DNA from: Mytilus edulis
Lineage: Eukaryota
NCBI RefSeq assembly: GCF_963676685.1
Contig: NC_092355.1
Coordinates: forward strand, 38,874,001 to 38,938,000
Reading direction: 5' to 3'
Length of the DNA stretch: 64,000 nt
In this document: in pieces, positions 49,350-61,104 of the stretch
How the letters are laid out: each line of letters opens with the position of its first letter
Numbering within the stretch: the stretch's first letter is position 1
Position numbers and translations under genes: made by a program
The notes under the pieces: generated by a model
Seen by the model: the letters and a program-made list of their open reading frames with translations, nothing else
Told to the model about the DNA's origin: nothing
Database searches by the model: none

Positions 49350-51044
49350 TCATTGAATGTTATACAAAAAGACTGTTCCATTTATGGTATTAATGAGAAG
49401 AATGTTTTTCACCTGGTCGAAATGGATACCATAAGGCATTTTTATTCCACTCCCTTCTAATAATCGGCGGGCGTTCTTTCCATCTGGTGAAAGTACGACA
49501 ACATTGTCATTGTTTATTGATACCAAATACACATTGGAATCGTTGTCAACTGTTACTCCCCGAATCGATGTCAACATTGAGTCATCTTTGAATTCCCAAA
49601 TCTTCTGTCCTGTGACTGTGTAGCATGTAACGGTATTTGATTCATTACATGTATGATATATCTTATCTTTAGATGATGTAACATAGTTCCAGTACTGTTT
49701 ACCATCGATTGTTACTACTGTGGTGGTAGAACTTTCATCAGCGATGTCTGCTGTTTGAATACCCCTTCCTGTTTCATAATAAATTAATCTTCCCCTTTGA
49801 TGTGTAATGCCGTAGCATTCGTAAGATGTTTTTATACTTTTAACAATCTTTCTTTTGGCGATGTTGATAATTTCTATATGAAAAGGCTTTTGATAATGAG
49901 TGACAGCGACCGAATTTTCATCAATACATGTAATATTTACAGGACTATGTGATACAGGTATTTCACAAACAAATGGTCCATTTTCGCTGTGGATTGTTAG
50001 ACGATCATTGGTTTTATCTACGAATACAATTTCCCTAGTAGGCATGATAGTGCAGCCTGAGATTTCAGAATAACCCCCCCTATTCGATATCTCAAATCTT
50101 TTTAATAGGGTAAGATTTATGTCATTGATTGTGTTTGAAATCTTCGGTACCATTTGTTGAGCTTGTTTTTCTCTTTCCGTCGTTATGGTAATGGTAGGCG
50201 GGTCGACTTTAACTGATATCTCTCCAATTTTCTTCATAGAAATTATGTCAGACATCTTGTTATCGATTCTGCATATTATATTTATTTGTTGGATGCTTCC
50301 ATCTTCTATTAAAGACTGCATAAACTTCTCTTCCTTTTGGATATCGGCCTCAAACATTTTACCACCAAAAAATGTCTGAATGTCAGTTGCAAAACTTTTT
50401 GTCGAAGATATATCATTTTGTATCTTATCTATGGTTTTCCCATGGTCTGAGAGTTTTGAAAGTAGTCTTTCTATTTGTGATTTGATTTTCTGTTCTGCAG
50501 CTTGAATATCCTGTTGTATTTCTTGTTCAAGTTTGTCTAGATGTTTGTTGATTTTAGTACGAATCGTTTTTATGTCTGCCTTAAATTTCTGTCGCTGTTG
50601 TTGTATTATCTCCAAATTCTGCTTCCGGTCTTTCACGATTTTTTCCATGTTGCTTTTCATATCTTTCAAACTTCGTTCCATCATTTCAAATAATGCGGAA
50701 GTCTTCGACGTTTTGACAATTTCATCCACTGCTAACAAGTCGCATTTCTTATGATTTGTCGTAATGCAAAGTGGGCAACAGAGTTTTTCATGTTCGGAAC
50801 AGTAGAGCTGATACTTTTTCTCATGATCTGAGCAGAAATGATTTATACTAGCTATTGTGGATGGTATTCGTTTATAATTATCCACTGAAGTAACTTCATG
50901 ATTTCTTGTGGCCCTGGAAGCTTGGTGGTGTTTTTGGCATAATGCGCATAGCCCTTCATCGCATTCAGGGCACCAGAAGGTGGCCTCTGTCACCACGTGC
51001 TGGGTTTCACAAACACCACAACATGTTTCACTTGCTGAAGCCAT
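49350..51044 (-). CDS. RING-less TRIM-like protein copy B (2 B-boxes, coiled coil, NHL/6-bladed propeller), 564 aa, single coding exon
   Basis: CGVC...WCPECDEGLCALCQKHH (B-box1), CSDH...YCSEHEKLCCPLCITTNHKKC (B-box2), heptad region, GVTVDNDSNVY/PYGIHFD blades. Acceptor TTTTCAG lies 6 nt before the ATG. Confidence 0.92.
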   Translation of the reverse strand: MASASETCCGVCETQHVVTEATFWCPECDEGLCALCQKHHQASRATRNHEVTSVDNYKRIPSTIASINHFCSDHEKKYQLYCSEHEKLCCPLCITTNHKKCDLLAVDEIVKTSKTSALFEMMERSLKDMKSNMEKIVKDRKQNLEIIQQQRQKFKADIKTIRTKINKHLDKLEQEIQQDIQAAEQKIKSQIERLLSKLSDHGKTIDKIQNDISSTKSFATDIQTFFGGKMFEADIQKEEKFMQSLIEDGSIQQINIICRIDNKMSDIISMKKIGEISVKVDPPTITITTEREKQAQQMVPKISNTINDINLTLLKRFEISNRGGYSEISGCTIMPTREIVFVDKTNDRLTIHSENGPFVCEIPVSHSPVNITCIDENSVAVTHYQKPFHIEIINIAKRKIVKSIKTSYECYGITHQRGRLIYYETGRGIQTADIADESSTTTVVTIDGKQYWNYVTSSKDKIYHTCNESNTVTCYTVTGQKIWEFKDDSMLTSIRGVTVDNDSNVYLVSINNDNVVVLSPDGKNARRLLEGSGIKMPYGIHFDQVKNILLINTINGTVFLYNIQ

Positions 51045-52661
51045 TCTTATCTGAAAACAAATTTCACTTGATAAATATGCAGTGTCTGCTTCATAAATTG
51101 TACAAGATGGTCTTGAGTTACGTTGTGTTATACACTAATTTTCTTGGCAGTTAATTTATTTTGCTGCATTTATGTTGCGTTTTGAATGTCTGATTTTGGG
51201 TATGACATGGTGTTTGTGCATCCCGATGTCGGGTCTATGAAGTTGGACGTCTCTGTGTATTTGCGTATGTGTGTGTTTGTGTATGTGTGTGTGTGTGGGG
51301 GGGGGGGGGGGGGGGGTCCTGGGTACAATTAAGACGCGAGAGATTTTTGAGGTGTGGTATTTGTAGACGAAACGCGCGTCTGACCTAAATATAAAGTTTC
51401 AGTCCTGATATCTATGATGAGTTTATTTACATGGTTTGTGTTTTGCGAAGGAAGTGTGTACTTTGCGCGGTAATTGATATCAACTACAGGAGCCTTTTCG
51501 GTCGGCGTCTTTGTCAAATTTATTATCTACTGCAACAATCTTTCGTAGGCGTCTCTGTTTGTAACATTGTGTGTGTGTGTGTGTTTGTTTGTTTTTACTG
51601 TAAGATGTTTTGTATGTCTGCTATGTATGATTACACAGTTTTGGTAGCTGGAACCCTTTTATTGTCACATTTACCTTTTATGTCTCATCGGGTTCCTCGT
51701 TCAATTGTGTCTCTATAACATAATTATGAACAACTGAAATGCAGATTGATATGTGTATTTCCTGGTGTTTCTATAAAACATGTAGAAGGTCATAACAATG
51801 AATTCGAAAGTACTTTTGCTTACCTGTGCGTTTTCCCAATATAGGTCTTTCGCCATGACATTGATTTGTAGATATATTAAATAAATGTAGGTTATTTACC
51901 TTAAAATGAGTATTTCATCATTAAAGATCACTATCAAAACGCACAGGGTCACTAAACCAACCCGGATGTATAACGTTCGCAAAAACGTAATTCGTGTATA
52001 CTTTCCACCCAAATAAACGCAGCACATGTACTTAAATTGACTGCTTCTTTCTTTCTTTAAATATGGTATATTCCAACTGTCAAACGAAGACTGGTATCAC
52101 GAATAGAAGTTAGAGACTCGACAATTACAAACACTTAAATAATATATAACAAAAATTATAAATGGTCAGTTAGCAAAAGAATTGTATACTTGGACACTAT
52201 ATCCTTAATCAGGAACCTATTCAGTAGCAGTCGTGTTTAATATTTTTTTTTCTTTATTTTGAGAATGCTGTATTGATACATGTAGCATCTCTTTTACTGT
52301 TTTGAAACTGTTATAGACTTGAAATGATTTGTAAATTATAAGGTCAACTGTCTATTGTTGAAACAGAAGATGAAGACTGGGTTTTTCGCTCTAGTTGTCC
52401 TTTGGTTATTCTGTCAGGGGTTGCAGTTTGTTGCCAAGCATGATAATATATTTAATCATAGTTCTGTCCCTGATGACGTCATAAATTAAAAGCTTTATTT
52501 GCCGTAGCGCAATATGATATGTTGTTGCACGCTAACTTTTGCTACCGTTCTGCAGTTGCCCTACGGTAATGTTATGGTCTTCCTTAAAATTCAAAGTGTT
52601 CTTTTAAATATCAATACCAAACTTTCTGAAGATACATACGTCAAAAAACTTCATATATACA

Positions 52662-53222
52662 TATGGCATGTCAGTTAACTGCTAGTAGTCTGTTGTTATT
52701 TATGTATTATTGTCATTTTGTTTATTTTCTTTGGTTACATCTTCTGACACCAGACTCGGATTTCTCTTGAACTGAATTTTAATGTGCCTATTGTTATGCG
52801 TTTACTTTACTACATTGGTTAGAGGTATAGGGGGAGGGTTGAGATCTCACAAACATGTTTAACCCCGCCGGTTTGACATTCCATTACTCTAACAACCTAA
52901 TAGAATGACAGCCCACACGTCCGCAATCATGCAGTTTTATTTTGTGCTATTCGGATACATGCCTGTCCCAAGTCAGGAGCCTCTGGCCTTTGTTAGTCTT
53001 GTATTATTTTAATTTTAGTTTCTTGTGTACAATTTGGAAATTAGTATGGCGTTCATTATCACTGGACTAGTATATATTTGTTTAGGGGCCAGCTGAAGGA
53101 CGCCTCCGGGTGCGGGAATTTCTCGCTACATTGAAGACCTGTTGGTGACCCTCTGCTGTTGTTTTTTTATTTGGTTGGGTTGTTGTCTCTTTGACACATT
53201 CCCCATTTCCATTCTCAATTTT
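52662..53222. mobile_element. Young interspersed element specific to unit B (ends TTGTCTCTTTGACACATTCCCCATTTCCATTCTCAATTTT)
   Basis: Empty site in unit A at ~43143. Older inverted relatives at ~34020-34230, ~37645-37905, ~47570-47845, ~55960-56240. Confidence 0.8.
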
Positions 53223-55154
53223 AAACATTACTAGGATAATCTATATAACTATATGGTTTTATTTTTTATTGTTTCGATACTGTCCTCGTCGAAGTTGAGT
53301 CGCCCCGCTATTTTGACACCATTTTAGTCCCACACCCTATTAGTGCGAGACCCAATTGGTTTGACATTCCATTACTCTGACAACCTAATAGAATGACAGC
53401 CCACACGTCCGCAATCATGCAGTTTTATTTTGTGCTATTCGGATACTGTCCCAAAGAAGTGGGGTCGCCCCGATATTCTGAAACCCCTTTAGTTTGAAAC
53501 CCCATTGTTTCGCGAAGCCATGTGTCCAACAATCCAACAGTCCGACATGCCGTAAGTCCGACACCACATAATTCTAACACCCCATTGGTTCGACATCCAT
53601 TTTGTCCGATATCCCAATAGTCCGACAACCCATGCATATGTCCGTAACCCAATAGTTCGACACCCTATTTGCCCGACAGCCCAATAATCTGACATCCCAT
53701 AAGTCCGACACAAGATGAAATTAAAAATCTGATTGAGAGATTAAATTAGCGTGGTATATTGAATTATTGAACTAGTGTCTACTTAGTTTAAAGAAAAGGA
53801 GAAGACAGCACATCCCATCTGCTATGACGTGTGTAAGAAATGCCATGATACTTTAGATATAAGGTTGTTAAACTAGCTCATACATTTAATCCACAATTTT
53901 CTAAATGAGAAAGGGCCTGTATAAAGTCCAGGATATGACAGTTGATATCCATTCGTTTTATGTGTTTGAGCTTTCGATTTTGCCATTTAATTAGGTTTTG
54001 AATTTTCCTTAAAGTACAATATTTTTGTGATTTACATTTTTAAAGTGTGATCTTGTTTTTCCTTAAAACGCTCCGCTAAAAAAGTAATATGATTGATAGA
54101 TTGTTTAACGTACAGTGACCAATATTTCATTCATATTAGGAAAAACAATCAACTAACAAGTTTGCAATAGGTAGGTCCTTTCAAACGAAATAGACCAGGG
54201 GATGAAAGTTGGAAAATATGGACTGCCACTGACAAATGAGGGTTTATTGGAGAGGACAGAAAGAGCAAGAATTCTAAACGTTTAGAGACTGGGATCGTGA
54301 CACCCTCTTTTCAAAAGGTAGCGACTTAAACGTCTCATCGGACGTGGCTACGTATTTATTCATCATACACAAAAAACGGACGCCCATTTTGGCAAGGGTT
54401 TTACTGTCGAAAAAGACCAAACGTGTACATAATTTTATCTCCAAATTACCCTTCAGGTGATAAGCAGTCTATCGTCGTAAAAAAAAATCAGACCGCATTA
54501 TACTCTCCGAAACGGTCAACACTGAAAAGACTTTATCTAAAATGAAAGAAACTTATTTTTATCCATTTTTTTAAAATGTATTATGACTGTATCTGCACTG
54601 TTCTTAATTTAAAAATCGAAAACTTAAAAAGAAAATAAATTCGAAATATCCATATTAAAGTTGTATAAACGATATCCTGATCATTTGGATTTTAAGTGAA
54701 TACTATCAGGATTGTTAGAACTAATGATAACGTATTAGAGCATTTGCCGTCAGAATTGTTTTGAAGTGAAAATCACCTATAATAATTATACGTTTGTTAA
54801 ATACATATAAAATATTAAGCATGTAAGAATAGCTGGCAGTGTTCTCTGAACGTAGTGATTTCGTGTTTTTTTAAATTTCAGTCCAGACCTGAATTCGAAA
54901 TTTCACGATTTTTTTTGGCATTGTGCATATTAATTACGTTCAAATATGAATATACTTTTGTGTCTTTATTCAGAATATTTAATAATCTGAGCTTGACCTA
55001 ATAGGAGTTATTGGGTGACCTGTAGTAATGCTAGATTTCTTTTTCGATCTAATATATTCTCATTTTCAAATGGCATTAAATATTTTCTAACCTTCACAAG
55101 TACATACCAGTCACCCTATGATAAAGGTATGATCTATTGTTGTAATTGTTAATC

Positions 55155-55650
55155 AGTTCTCATCCTGAACATCCATGAAATATTTCCCACTGGACAAAAA
55201 AGTAAACAATATTTCTCATCCTTAACTTTTAAAAAATTGCCACTTTTCGAAAAGCAAACAATTAGTTATCATTCTAAACATTTATGAAATATTTGCCACT
55301 GGACGAAAAGCAAACAATGATTTCTTATCCTGAACATTATGAAATATTTGCCACTGGACGAAAAGCAAACAATTAGTTTTCTTCCTGAACATTTATGATT
55401 TTTTTTGCCACTGGACGAAAAGCAAACATTTGGTCCTCATCCTGTCTACTTAGGAAATGTTTTCCACTGGACGAAAACAAACAATAAGTTCTCATCCTGA
55501 TCATTTATGAAATATTTGCCACTGGACGGAAAACAAACAAAAAGTTCGCAACTGATCATTTATGAAATATTTGCCACTGGACGTAAAGCAAACAATTGGT
55601 TCTCATCATAATCATTTATGAACTATTTGACACTGAACTTGAAGCAATCA
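55155..55650. repeat. Paralogous ~51-52-bp tandem repeat, ~9-10 copies
   Basis: Same unit as 46890-47220 with more copies. Confidence 0.85.
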
Positions 55651-57652
55651 ATTAATCAACCTCCGTAGTTTGTTAACTCGATAACGTCGTATATTTAAAA
55701 TATAAACCTTAAAAAAATAATGACTTATATGTTATGTGTTGAGGCACAATTTAAAGCCATCAAAAGGATAGAGTTCGTGAAATATGGATAAAACTTTATA
55801 CACACATAAAGGTTACAGACATCTTAATTGGTAAATAATACTTTTTTTTTAACATAATCCAACTCCTAAATATGATCGCGAGTTTGAGTGATCTGAATGG
55901 GTGTGAAAACAAAAATTGTCTTTCAGATACACGTTTGACCATATAGCAATGCTAAAGAAATTTAAACGTGGAATGTGTCAAAGAGACAAAAAACAAACAA
56001 AGAGCAGAAAACAGCCCATGGCCTTCAATGGGTCTTCAACGGAGCGAGAAAACCCCGCATCCGCAATCGGGCCTCCCCTAAACAATGATGTATACTGTTT
56101 CATCGAAATGGACGCCACAGCTACTGAGCTAACTCCAAAACACACAATTGACCTAAACGATCCCCAAAACACACAAGACTAACAAAGTCTAGAGATTCCT
56201 GACTTTGGATAGGAGTGACAATTCAACGGGGCTAAGGAATTTACTATACAAACATTAATTAACGGTCTTGTAGGAGATGAATTAGACGTGTACAAACTTT
56301 CAAAATCGGTTTGATTGTTATTTTGTTGTGCTTATTGTTAATCAAATGAGCGAAGCCATTTTGCAACGGTTCTTATGTTTTTCTGTTACCCTACTGTCCC
56401 AGGTCAAAGAGAAAGTTGAGTTTTCACAAAAAAAATTATCCTCGCCACATTCGATATTTGCCTTTATTAGATACCACTAACCTGTAATTTAGCGGTTATT
56501 GTTGGTTCGCAGTCTGTCTTGTTTTTCTTTTATTAATCTGTCATACATCTGGTTTTTGGTATTTTCATGTGAATTGTTTCACAGTTTTATGCAGGAGCCT
56601 TTTATAACTGACTATCCGGTAGGGTTTTGCTTATTGTTAAATGCTGTACGCTGACCTAAAACTGCTTAAAACCACTTCATTTGGACATCCACTTGGATAG
56701 TTGGCAACCATATCAAATATCTCTATTTATATTTTCTCTTGGTTATAATTTGAACGTACAATAAAATTTGCAAATACACTCATAATTATTGACAAAGAGG
56801 CATAACTCCTGAATAATTCTTGTATTTTATAACTACATTCATCAAAGTACTGAAGTACTGAACATCGGCAAGTTCTTTTAGATGGTCCGACAAGCACTTG
56901 TTTCAGAACAAAATCACATCTCTATACCTAAAAGTGAGGTTAATGTACAGATATAATTTGATTCTTGAACAATTTCGTGCATGGATGATAAAGTAATGAC
57001 TTATAGCGTAGTGATACCAATCAGTATACTCTGGTTTATTGTTATATACTTTATTAAAACTTGTATATTACAGTTACATGTATATCTAATGTTCATGCAT
57101 TTCTATATCTTTCTATTATACTTTATTAATTATAGTGCAGTGCAAGTGCATGGTGGACACATCACTCTTCTGTAATAATTCGATTTTTTCTAATAAATGG
57201 ATTTGAGTAGGCAGTCGTATTTTCCCGCAAAACATTTTTCAATCATCCATCCAGAGTTAGCGTTCTTTGAGATTGCAAAAGTTCTTGAGATATTCTTGCG
57301 CATGCATGAGAATAGATATTAATGATATTTTTACTTAAATGAATATTCATATAACAAAACATTTTAATATTATTAATGTATCTTCTTGATAAGTATTCAT
57401 TGTAGAAATTAATTTATAACAAGCGATAAGGAATGTTAGTTTGCACTTGATGATGTCTACGTGTTCATCATGTTAATAGATCGGTTAAAAACCCAAAACG
57501 AATATTACGTAATGAAAATCTAGGCGAAATCAATACACCCGATAGGCCCTCACGGTCATCCGCTGTAAAAATGACAAAATAAGTGATACTTGATGATGCA
57601 ATTCAGCTTCTTCAAAAAGCTTCAATTTTAGCTTATATAAACTGAAAAAAAA

Positions 57653-59347
57653 TCATTGAATGTTATACAAAAAGGTTGTTCCATGTATGTTATTAATGAG
57701 AAGAATGTTTTTCACCTTGTCGAAATGGATACCATAAGAGATTTGTATTCCACCCCCTTCTAATAATCGGCGGGCGTTCTTTCCATCTGGTGAAAGTACG
57801 ACGACATTTTTATCCTTCATAGATACCACATAAACATTGGAATCGTTGTCAATTGTTACTCCCCATATCCAATTCAACATCGAGTCATCTTTGTATTCCC
57901 AAACCTTCTGTCCTGTGATAGTGTAGCATGTAACGGTATTTGATTCATTGCTTGTATAGTATATTTTATCTTTAGACGATGTAACATAGTTCCAGTGCTG
58001 ATTACCATCGGTTGTTACTAGTGTGGTGGTAGAATTTCCATCAGCGATGTCTGCTGTTTGAATACCCCTTCCAGTTTCACAATAAATTAATCTTCCCTTT
58101 TGATGTGTAATGCCGTAGCATTCATAAGATGTTTTTATCCTTTTAACAATCTTTCCATTGGCGATGTTGATAATTTCTATATGAAAAGGCTTTTGATTAT
58201 GGGTGACAGCGACCGAATTTTCATCAATACATGTAATATTTACAGGACTATGTGATACAGGTATTTCCCAAACAAATGGTCCATTTTCGCTGTGGATTGT
58301 TAGACGATCATTGGTTTTATCTACGAATACAATTTCCCTAGTAGGCATGATAGTGCAGCCTACGATTTCAAATGACTTCCCCCCTTTCGATATCTCAAAT
58401 CTTTTTAATAGGGTAAGATTTATGTCATTGATTGTGTTTGAAATCTTCGGTACCATTTGTTGGGCTTGTTTTTCTCTTTCCGTTGTCATGGTAATGGTTG
58501 GCGGATTGGCTATAACTGATATCTCTCCCATTCTTTTCATGGAAAGTATGTCAGATATCTTGTCAGACATTCTGCATATTAGAATTATTTGTTGTATACC
58601 GCCATCTTCTATTAAAGACTGCACACACTTCTCTTCATTTTGGATATCGGCCTCAAACAATTTACCACCAAAAAATGTTTGAAGGTCAGTTGCAAAACTT
58701 GTCGTCGAGGAGATATCATTCTGTATCTTATCTATTGTTTTTCCATGGTCTGAGAGTTTTGAAAGAATTATTTCTATTTGCGATTGGACTTTCTGTTCCG
58801 CAGCTTGGATATCCTGTTGTATATCTTGTTCAAGTTTATCTAGATGTTTGTTTATTTTATTACGAATCTTGGTAATATCTGTCTTTATTTTCTGTCGCTG
58901 TTGTTGTATCATCTCTAGATTCTGCTTCCGGTCTTCCACAATTTTTTCAATGTTGCTCTTCATATCTTTTAAACTTTGTTCCATCATGTCAAATAATGTA
59001 GAAGTCTTTGACGTTTTGATAATTTCATCAAGTGCTAACAAGTCGCATTTCTTATGATTTGTCGTTATGCAAAGTGGACAACAGAGTTTTTCATGTTCGG
59101 AACAGTAGTGCTGATATTTTTTCTCATGATCTGAACAATATTGATTTATACTAGCTATTGTGGGCGGTATTCGTTTATAATCATTCACGGTAGTAACTTC
59201 ATGATTTCTTGTGGCCCTTGAAGCTTGGTGGTGTTTTTCGCAAAGTGTGCATAGCCCTTCTTCGCATTCAGGACACCAGTAGTCGGCCTCTTTCACCACG
59301 TGCTGGGTTTCACACACACCACAAAATGTTCCACTGGCCGTGGCCAT
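57653..59347 (-). CDS. RING-less TRIM-like protein copy C, 564 aa, single coding exon
   Basis: Colinear with copy B. The true ATG (MATASG) is at 59347 after a TTTTCAG acceptor; the ORF-track extension to 59488 is intronic. Confidence 0.92.
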   Translation of the reverse strand: MATASGTFCGVCETQHVVKEADYWCPECEEGLCTLCEKHHQASRATRNHEVTTVNDYKRIPPTIASINQYCSDHEKKYQHYCSEHEKLCCPLCITTNHKKCDLLALDEIIKTSKTSTLFDMMEQSLKDMKSNIEKIVEDRKQNLEMIQQQRQKIKTDITKIRNKINKHLDKLEQDIQQDIQAAEQKVQSQIEIILSKLSDHGKTIDKIQNDISSTTSFATDLQTFFGGKLFEADIQNEEKCVQSLIEDGGIQQIILICRMSDKISDILSMKRMGEISVIANPPTITMTTEREKQAQQMVPKISNTINDINLTLLKRFEISKGGKSFEIVGCTIMPTREIVFVDKTNDRLTIHSENGPFVWEIPVSHSPVNITCIDENSVAVTHNQKPFHIEIINIANGKIVKRIKTSYECYGITHQKGRLIYCETGRGIQTADIADGNSTTTLVTTDGNQHWNYVTSSKDKIYYTSNESNTVTCYTITGQKVWEYKDDSMLNWIWGVTIDNDSNVYVVSMKDKNVVVLSPDGKNARRLLEGGGIQISYGIHFDKVKNILLINNIHGTTFLYNIQ

Positions 59348-59433
59348 TCTAATCTGAAAACAAATTTCGATAGATAACTGAAACGCAATGTCTGCTTCAC
59401 AAATTGTACAAAGTGGTCTTAAGTTTATAGATT

Positions 59434-59954
59434 CTAGAAGCCCACGAAATCGTGGTACAATATTGGGCCACAGGTACTCGGTAAGCACATTAAAATTTAA
59501 TCCTAGGATTTTTCAATATACGGATATGGATAGTAAACCGCACATTGCTAGAAAACAACGGAATATGTATGCCAACGTTAAAACGATAATAATTTTTAAC
59601 ACACGTCAGGAAATACGAAAGAAAGAATCGAAAAACAGTAATTAACAAACTTCAATCTTATAACCGAGTTCCTATGTATTTCAAGTGTTGAAACAAAGAG
59701 TTTTAAAATTTCGCGGACAGTACGTCGACTGACCATGCGCAAAAGAATATATATCACGGATCGATAACGGTCTCCGAATTGTGTTGTTTTCTCAAAAATT
59801 GGCGCTTTGTGAGGAAAATAGATTGTTTCAAAGACAAATCTAGGAAGTACAAAATACTTCATTTATACCTCATATCACAAATATTTCTGACTTTGATTGT
59901 TTCAGATGATACTATGCGGCTCAATAAAGTTGGTCTCTTCCGGCTTTAGTAGTA
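59434..59954. mobile_element. ~520-bp insertion with 8-bp TSD (TATAGATT) in the 5' intron of TRIM copy C
   Basis: TATAGATT at 59426-33 and 59955-62; absent in units A and B; TIRs weak. Confidence 0.6.
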
Positions 59955-60898
59955 TATAGATTATTGTTTTGTTGGCAGTTTATTTGTCTTAGTGCTTTTA
60001 TGTTGTGTTTGGTCGTGTGATTTTTGGCTGGACATGGTGTTTCAGCATCTCGATATCGGTATTCTGAATATGGACATTCCTGGTGGGGCCGGAAGACGGG
60101 TGGGGTCCTGTGTACAATTCAGACGCGAGAGATTTTTACGGTGTTGTATTGCCCTTGTGGTTATATTTTACATGGTTTGTGTTATGCGAAGGAAGTGTGA
60201 CTATTCTTTGCGCGGTATATTACATCAGCTACAGGAGCTCTTTTGTCGGCATCTTTGTCAAACTAACTATCTATTTCAACAACTTTTCGTAGTTGTCTTC
60301 GTTTGTTAATATTATGTGTGTGTCTGTGTGGTTGATTATTGTCAGGTGCTTTGTATGTCTGCGATGTATGATTACACAGTTTTGGAAGCTGGAATCCTTT
60401 TATTGTCGTATTTACCTTTTATGTCTGTGTGGGTACCTCACTCATTGTGTCAACATAATAGTACTATAAACAACTGACATACACATTGATATGTGTATTT
60501 ACTGGTGTTTCTATAGAAGGCATATGAGTATCTCAACATAAAAATCAATATCAAAACATAAAGGGTCACTAAATCAACCCGGATGTATATAATAGTTCGC
60601 AAGTTCGTAATTCATGTATACTTTCCACCAAAATAAACGCAACACATGTATTTAAATAGACTACTTAATACTTTATTTAAATATGGTATGAGCCAACTGG
60701 TATAACGAATAAAAAAAGGACTCGAGCATTATAAACACTTTGATAATGAAGACAAAATTGTAAAAATGCAGTTAATCAAGATTTGTTTACTTTTGACCTA
60801 GCCTTATTCGGGATTTCTATTCAGTATAGTAGTCGTGTTAAATAATTTTAAAATTTTTTCCCGTATTTTCTGTATTTTATATTGATGCATGTAGCATA

Positions 60899-61104
60899 CT
60901 GTAAACCAACTTATTTTCGCGGATACTTAATTTCGCGTTTTACCCATTTTAGATCACTTCGCGGCTATTTAATTTTGCGATTTTCTGAAGTTCAATAATG
61001 AATGATCCATGTATAACATATTCGCGACGATTAATATTCGCGTTATTTTTCTATTCGCGAAAGTCACGAAAATAAATCGCTCGCGAAAATAAGTTGGTTT
61101 ACAG
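60899..61104. mobile_element. MITE with perfect 23-bp TIRs and TA TSD, specific to unit C
   Basis: TA|CTGTAAACCAACTTATTTTCGCG...CGCGAAAATAAGTTGGTTTACAG|TA. Degenerate relatives near 8920-9090 and 22340-22556. Confidence 0.88.

Noticed and set aside
58203-59057. Plus-strand ORFs antisense to the TRIM genes (also 40128, 50185, 50533)
   Set aside because: Shadow ORFs in register with the coding strand; their similarity is explained by the TRIM paralogy.
59348-59488. 47-aa N-terminal extension of TRIM-C in the ORF track
   Set aside because: It crosses the conserved splice acceptor and runs into a C-specific insertion; A and B start at the homologous ATG.
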